Assembly: GCA_963674745.2 (NCBI GenBank)
Contig: CAXXDV010000003.1
Location: 448,001 to 512,000 of the forward strand
Length of the DNA stretch: 64,000 bases
Reading direction: 5' to 3'
Source: Desulfosudaceae bacterium
GTDB lineage: Bacteria > Desulfobacterota > Desulfobacteria > Desulfobacterales > Desulfosudaceae
A program made the position numbers and the translations under genes. Positions 60,357 to 64,000 of the stretch are shown piece after piece. How positions within the stretch are numbered: position 1 is the stretch's first letter; each line of letters begins with the position of its first letter. The notes below the pieces were generated by a model. The model was not told the DNA's origin and ran no database searches. It was given only the letters and a program-made list of their open reading frames with translations.

Positions 60357-60460
60357 AATACAGGCTAAGAATTTAAAATCATTGTATATCCAAGTATGTT
60401 GAGGCGCAGCCGCCAAAGAATTGTGACATTTTAATATTATGGCCGAACTTGTGTAACTTT

Positions 60461-62908
60461 ATGTTGGAAAACAATTCAAAATCTGTGGGGGATAATGGGG
60501 GGCAGGATTCACGCTTGTTTGAAAGCGTTTTATTTCTGCTGCTTGTCATTATCGAGGTCGGCATAACGTTTTTTATGATCCATGATCACCGGATTGTCGG
60601 CGGCCATGACGGTTTCCAATATTTTACCCTGCAGTACTATTTTCTGAATCATGTCGTCAGTTATGGTGAGATCCCACAGTGGATGCCTTTTCTGACTCAT
60701 GGCACGGTTGCTTCCTGGTGGTATATTATTCAGGGCGGTATTCTGCAGAGTGTTTTGCTTTTGTCTGCCGGGCTATGGAAAGGATTGAACTTTCTGCCGT
60801 TTTTTTACGCCGGTATTTTTGTTGATGAACTTCTTTTATTAACCGGTGTATGGCTGTTGGGCAGGCGCTTTTTTCTTTCACCATTAACTGTATTTATCGT
60901 AGCCGTGTCTGTCATGGGGTCTTGTATCTGGATCCTCCAGCCCTGGTGGAATTTTCATCTGTATTACGCGCTTCCCATGATACTGTATTTTTGCCACCGG
61001 TTTCTGGACAGCGGCCAATGGCGATATGCTTTTCTGGCCGGTAATTTACTTTTTATTCAGTCCCTGGGCAATCTGCCGTATTTTCTGCCGCTAATATCCC
61101 TGGTCATTTTTCTTTATTTCCTCTTTTATACAGCGCTTAACTATGCAGAAGTATGCCGGCAGGTAAAAAATATCAGATTCAAGTGGTCGTTTCTTCTGAC
61201 GATATCAGTAATTTTGATATGTTTTGCCGCCTTGTATGCCACCATGCATTTTGGTACGGACCAGATCAAAAATTATACCTTCAGAAGCCCGGATGGCAGC
61301 TCTTCTCTGGACGTTTTTTTTACTTACGGAGGAGAACCTACCTGGAAGTCATGGCTTGAAATGCTGCTGGGGGTATCGCCCGGGCTGGACTATACGTTGT
61401 ATATCGGCATCATTGGGGTGCCGTTAATCATATTGGGATTATTTTTTAACCTGCGAAGAAAAAATATTCATTTTCTGTTTACGATAATCGTTCTTCTACT
61501 TTTCAGTGCCGGGACATTCGTCAGCGTTTTTTTCTATTATTGCTGGCCCATGATGACGTATTTCCGCCATCTGATGCTGACCGCCACGGTTATTAAACTG
61601 CTTTTTTGTTTCCAGGCGGGCTTCGGGTTTGACGCGTTGATTGACGCTTCTTTGCACCGGCAAAAACCCATGAAGATTACAACATCCCTGGCTGTGCTGT
61701 CTTTACTGATGATGGGCGTCGCTTTTGTCTTGTGGCGTCTGTCCGGTGATTGTGATTTCACCACCCGGCTTCTCGATGACATGGTGCCGGAGAAACTTTA
61801 TCGCTTTCTCACTTTGGCAGATGAATGCCTGGTCGGTTCCCTGCTTGTTCGCAACGCGATTTTTGCCTTTATCGCGTCACTGCTTTTAGCCGTTATGGTT
61901 CTGTTTGAGAAGAAGAGAGAGGCCCTTGCTCTGTTGCTTTTGCTGGCAAGTTTTCATGCTGCGGATCTGTATGGGTTTAAATTCTCTGAAATAAATTTCA
62001 AAACGGCTGAGTTGAATGATGCGGCCTATGATGTCACCCGTTTTACAACCATCCCCTATACTGCTAAAAGAAATCTTACTTTTAATAAGACCAATTCCAG
62101 AACAGAATTGTTGAATGTCCTTCCCATATCATACGGTGCGACTTACTGGACAGCCCATGCCATGTGCTTCATGGATGAACTCGGTAGCCCGTTTAAGACC
62201 GATCACATGCTGTTGCCACTGGATCAATACATGAAAGCATACCGGGGACAATCAATCTATGATAAAGGTGCCCCTCTGGGCCTGCATCCATTTTCCCACC
62301 TGGATTTCTCGACACAGAATCCGGCCGTCATGAAGATTTCAGGTGTTACCGAAGACAAAATTCAGTTTTTCAGTCAGGCTGAGATGGTGTTTTCGGATGA
62401 ACTTATCGCTTCGTATATGACGGATTCCGAATATAAAGGTGATATTCTGCTTCTTTCGCCGATTAAGAGTAAAGGCGAGGACGTTGTCGATACGGCGGTA
62501 CCTGCTGAAATAAACCTTTCAACAAACACCCGGCTGAATAATATGTATCAAGTGAATCGGTTTGATTCCAATAACCTCGAAGTGTCGACGGATATCAGCG
62601 TTAATGGATCAGCCTGGTTGATGTACAGCGATGTCTGGCATCCCTTATGGCGTGCAACCGTAAACGGTAAAGAAGTACCCGTGTACAAGGCAAATCTGGC
62701 CTATAAAGCGGTTAGGCTGGAAAAAGGTGAAAACCGGGTGCATTTTTATTTCAAATCTAATCTCATGTCCTTTATTTATTTTCTTTTTAGTTTGAATGCT
62801 TTCCTATGGTTGTTGTTGATTTTTTTTCTGGCTGGAAGAATCGTCTTCGCAGGCATTATCCCTCGTCATCCCGGGTTCCGACCCGGGATCCAGAGCGGAC
62901 AGGCATGA
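60461..62908 (+). CDS. YfhO-like GT-C membrane protein, paralogue 3
   Basis: GHDGFQYF, GEIPQWMP..HG, YSDVWHPLWRATVNGK, terminal TM. Confidence 0.8.
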   Translation: MLENNSKSVGDNGGQDSRLFESVLFLLLVIIEVGITFFMIHDHRIVGGHDGFQYFTLQYYFLNHVVSYGEIPQWMPFLTHGTVASWWYIIQGGILQSVLLLSAGLWKGLNFLPFFYAGIFVDELLLLTGVWLLGRRFFLSPLTVFIVAVSVMGSCIWILQPWWNFHLYYALPMILYFCHRFLDSGQWRYAFLAGNLLFIQSLGNLPYFLPLISLVIFLYFLFYTALNYAEVCRQVKNIRFKWSFLLTISVILICFAALYATMHFGTDQIKNYTFRSPDGSSSLDVFFTYGGEPTWKSWLEMLLGVSPGLDYTLYIGIIGVPLIILGLFFNLRRKNIHFLFTIIVLLLFSAGTFVSVFFYYCWPMMTYFRHLMLTATVIKLLFCFQAGFGFDALIDASLHRQKPMKITTSLAVLSLLMMGVAFVLWRLSGDCDFTTRLLDDMVPEKLYRFLTLADECLVGSLLVRNAIFAFIASLLLAVMVLFEKKREALALLLLLASFHAADLYGFKFSEINFKTAELNDAAYDVTRFTTIPYTAKRNLTFNKTNSRTELLNVLPISYGATYWTAHAMCFMDELGSPFKTDHMLLPLDQYMKAYRGQSIYDKGAPLGLHPFSHLDFSTQNPAVMKISGVTEDKIQFFSQAEMVFSDELIASYMTDSEYKGDILLLSPIKSKGEDVVDTAVPAEINLSTNTRLNNMYQVNRFDSNNLEVSTDISVNGSAWLMYSDVWHPLWRATVNGKEVPVYKANLAYKAVRLEKGENRVHFYFKSNLMSFIYFLFSLNAFLWLLLIFFLAGRIVFAGIIPRHPGFRPGIQSGQA

Positions 62909-63026
62909 CCCCCGCCGGATCTTTTTTTTAAGGCCAGCCGATCGCTGCTGTTTTTTACGGCCTATTTTTGTTCACCTGGTAGCTTACCTCCGGCCAAACT
63001 GGATTCCGGCTTTCGCCGGAATCACG
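62864..63026. repeat. Inverted pair of GTCAT(T)CC..GGATCCAG palindromes
   Basis: cgtcatcccgggttccgacccgggatccag (62864-62893) and ctggattccggctttcgccggaatcacg (62999-63026). Confidence 0.7.
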
Positions 63027-63095
63027 AATATGAAAATTGAGCTTTACAAAGGTGTAAATTGGAACAAGAAAAAAATAAATTAAGGCAAAAACCGG

Positions 63096-63998
63096 TTAAA
63101 GATTTTTTAAATGCCGCAACACCATTCTCAGTTTGATGCGCAAGGGCACTCGTGGGATGCAGAGTCTGGACATTTTGTAAGTATATACCAGCTCATAAAT
63201 CAGCCGCAGAAGAATTCGGGGCACATTCAAGAGCGCTTTTCGGATTTTCAGGTTGTAAAACAGGACCGGCCACTGCACGAACAGGGGAAACAGGCAGAAG
63301 AGTTTATAAATCAGGTTTTTTTCTTTTTCGCTGAAATTCAGCATGGTGTTTGAAAAATAATCTTTGGGAAGCTTACGAATATCAGGCTGGCGGCAACAGC
63401 CCTGTTCCATGGCATATTGTGTTAATTTCAGTCCCGGGAAAGGGATAAAAATATTGGCCAGGCCAAGGTAGGGCTTTACCTTAATGTTCATTTCAACGGT
63501 CTCGTACATCTGGACAAGTGTTTCGCCCGGTAACCCGAGGATGTTCCCGGTACGAAAACGGATGCCGTATTTGGATAAACATTGAGCGGCATGATAAATC
63601 TGATCATCCGGCATGTTGCGGTTTAGCACGTTATTCCTGATTTGCTGGTTGCCGGTTTCAATGGCCCAGTTTACCCCCTGGCAGAAACTGTCCCGCAAGC
63701 CGGCTACGATTTCATCCGTTATTAAATCAGCACGGACGTTACAGGTGTATGGAAGTCCGATTTCTCCGGGATACCTGTCACAGAACTCGGAAAACCATTT
63801 TTTCTCTAAAATGAAAATATCGTCGTTGAAAACAATCTCTTTTAATGGGTAGTGCTTTCTGACATCTTTGATTTCTTCCAGCAGGTAATCGACGCTTTTT
63901 TTTCTTACCTGGGGGCCACAACCCTGAAAAAGTTCACGGAATTTGTGATTAAAACAATAAGAGCAGTTGTAAGGACATCCGCGACCGGAAAAGAACTG
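63096..63998 (-). CDS. Radical SAM protein of B12-binding type, 5' part outside window
   Basis: Frame open to the window edge: SGRGCPYNCSYCFNH..FNDDIF..CNVRAD..AIETGN..LGLPGET..PFPG. Confidence 0.88.
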   Translation of the reverse strand, partial: QFFSGRGCPYNCSYCFNHKFRELFQGCGPQVRKKSVDYLLEEIKDVRKHYPLKEIVFNDDIFILEKKWFSEFCDRYPGEIGLPYTCNVRADLITDEIVAGLRDSFCQGVNWAIETGNQQIRNNVLNRNMPDDQIYHAAQCLSKYGIRFRTGNILGLPGETLVQMYETVEMNIKVKPYLGLANIFIPFPGLKLTQYAMEQGCCRQPDIRKLPKDYFSNTMLNFSEKEKNLIYKLFCLFPLFVQWPVLFYNLKIRKALLNVPRILLRLIYELVYTYKMSRLCIPRVPLRIKLRMVLRHLKNL

Positions 63999-64000
63999 TT

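Noticed and set aside
63890..63935. Suspected frameshift in the last radical SAM gene
   Set aside because: Careful reading gives a continuous frame (FRELFQGCGPQVRKKSV); the short track ORF only reflects the missing 5' end

Overview
Bacterial chromosome segment. Gene content and repeat families suggest an anaerobic deltaproteobacterium (Desulfobacterota-like); this is inference. The first ~23 kb is mostly housekeeping: TRAP transporter dctPQM, folD, tRNA-Gly, tRNA-Cys, cysQ, manC, ispG, archaeal/eukaryote-type proS, rel, rpmB, bamD, a CorC-type protein, two tandem nitronate-monooxygenase/FabK-like paralogues, an NSS transporter with a 40-aa MetS-like subunit missing from the ORF track, a GH13_18 phosphorylase and tRNA-Leu(TAA). 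After tRNA-Leu the window becomes an accessory cell-surface or glycan-modification region. It holds an aryl-sulfotransferase and a PAPS sulfotransferase, a TMTC-like GT-C/TPR protein, GT4 and GT2 glycosyltransferases, an HddA/HddC-like kinase and nucleotidyltransferase, an NDP-sugar epimerase, a miniature ThDP E1-alpha/beta pair and a wrecked transketolase. It also holds a GT2-membrane-radical SAM fusion, nine B12-type radical SAM genes (one cut by the window end) and three tandem YfhO-like GT-C paralogues; the middle paralogue is frameshifted at two poly-T tracts. The best candidate for an undescribed system is this B12-radical-SAM-rich glycan-tailoring locus. Intergenic regions carry GTAG-type REPs, a GTCATTCC palindrome family, degenerate octamer repeats and one MITE-like element. 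I saw no CRISPR array, rRNA, integrase or transposase. All calls rest on reading motifs by eye; no database search was run.
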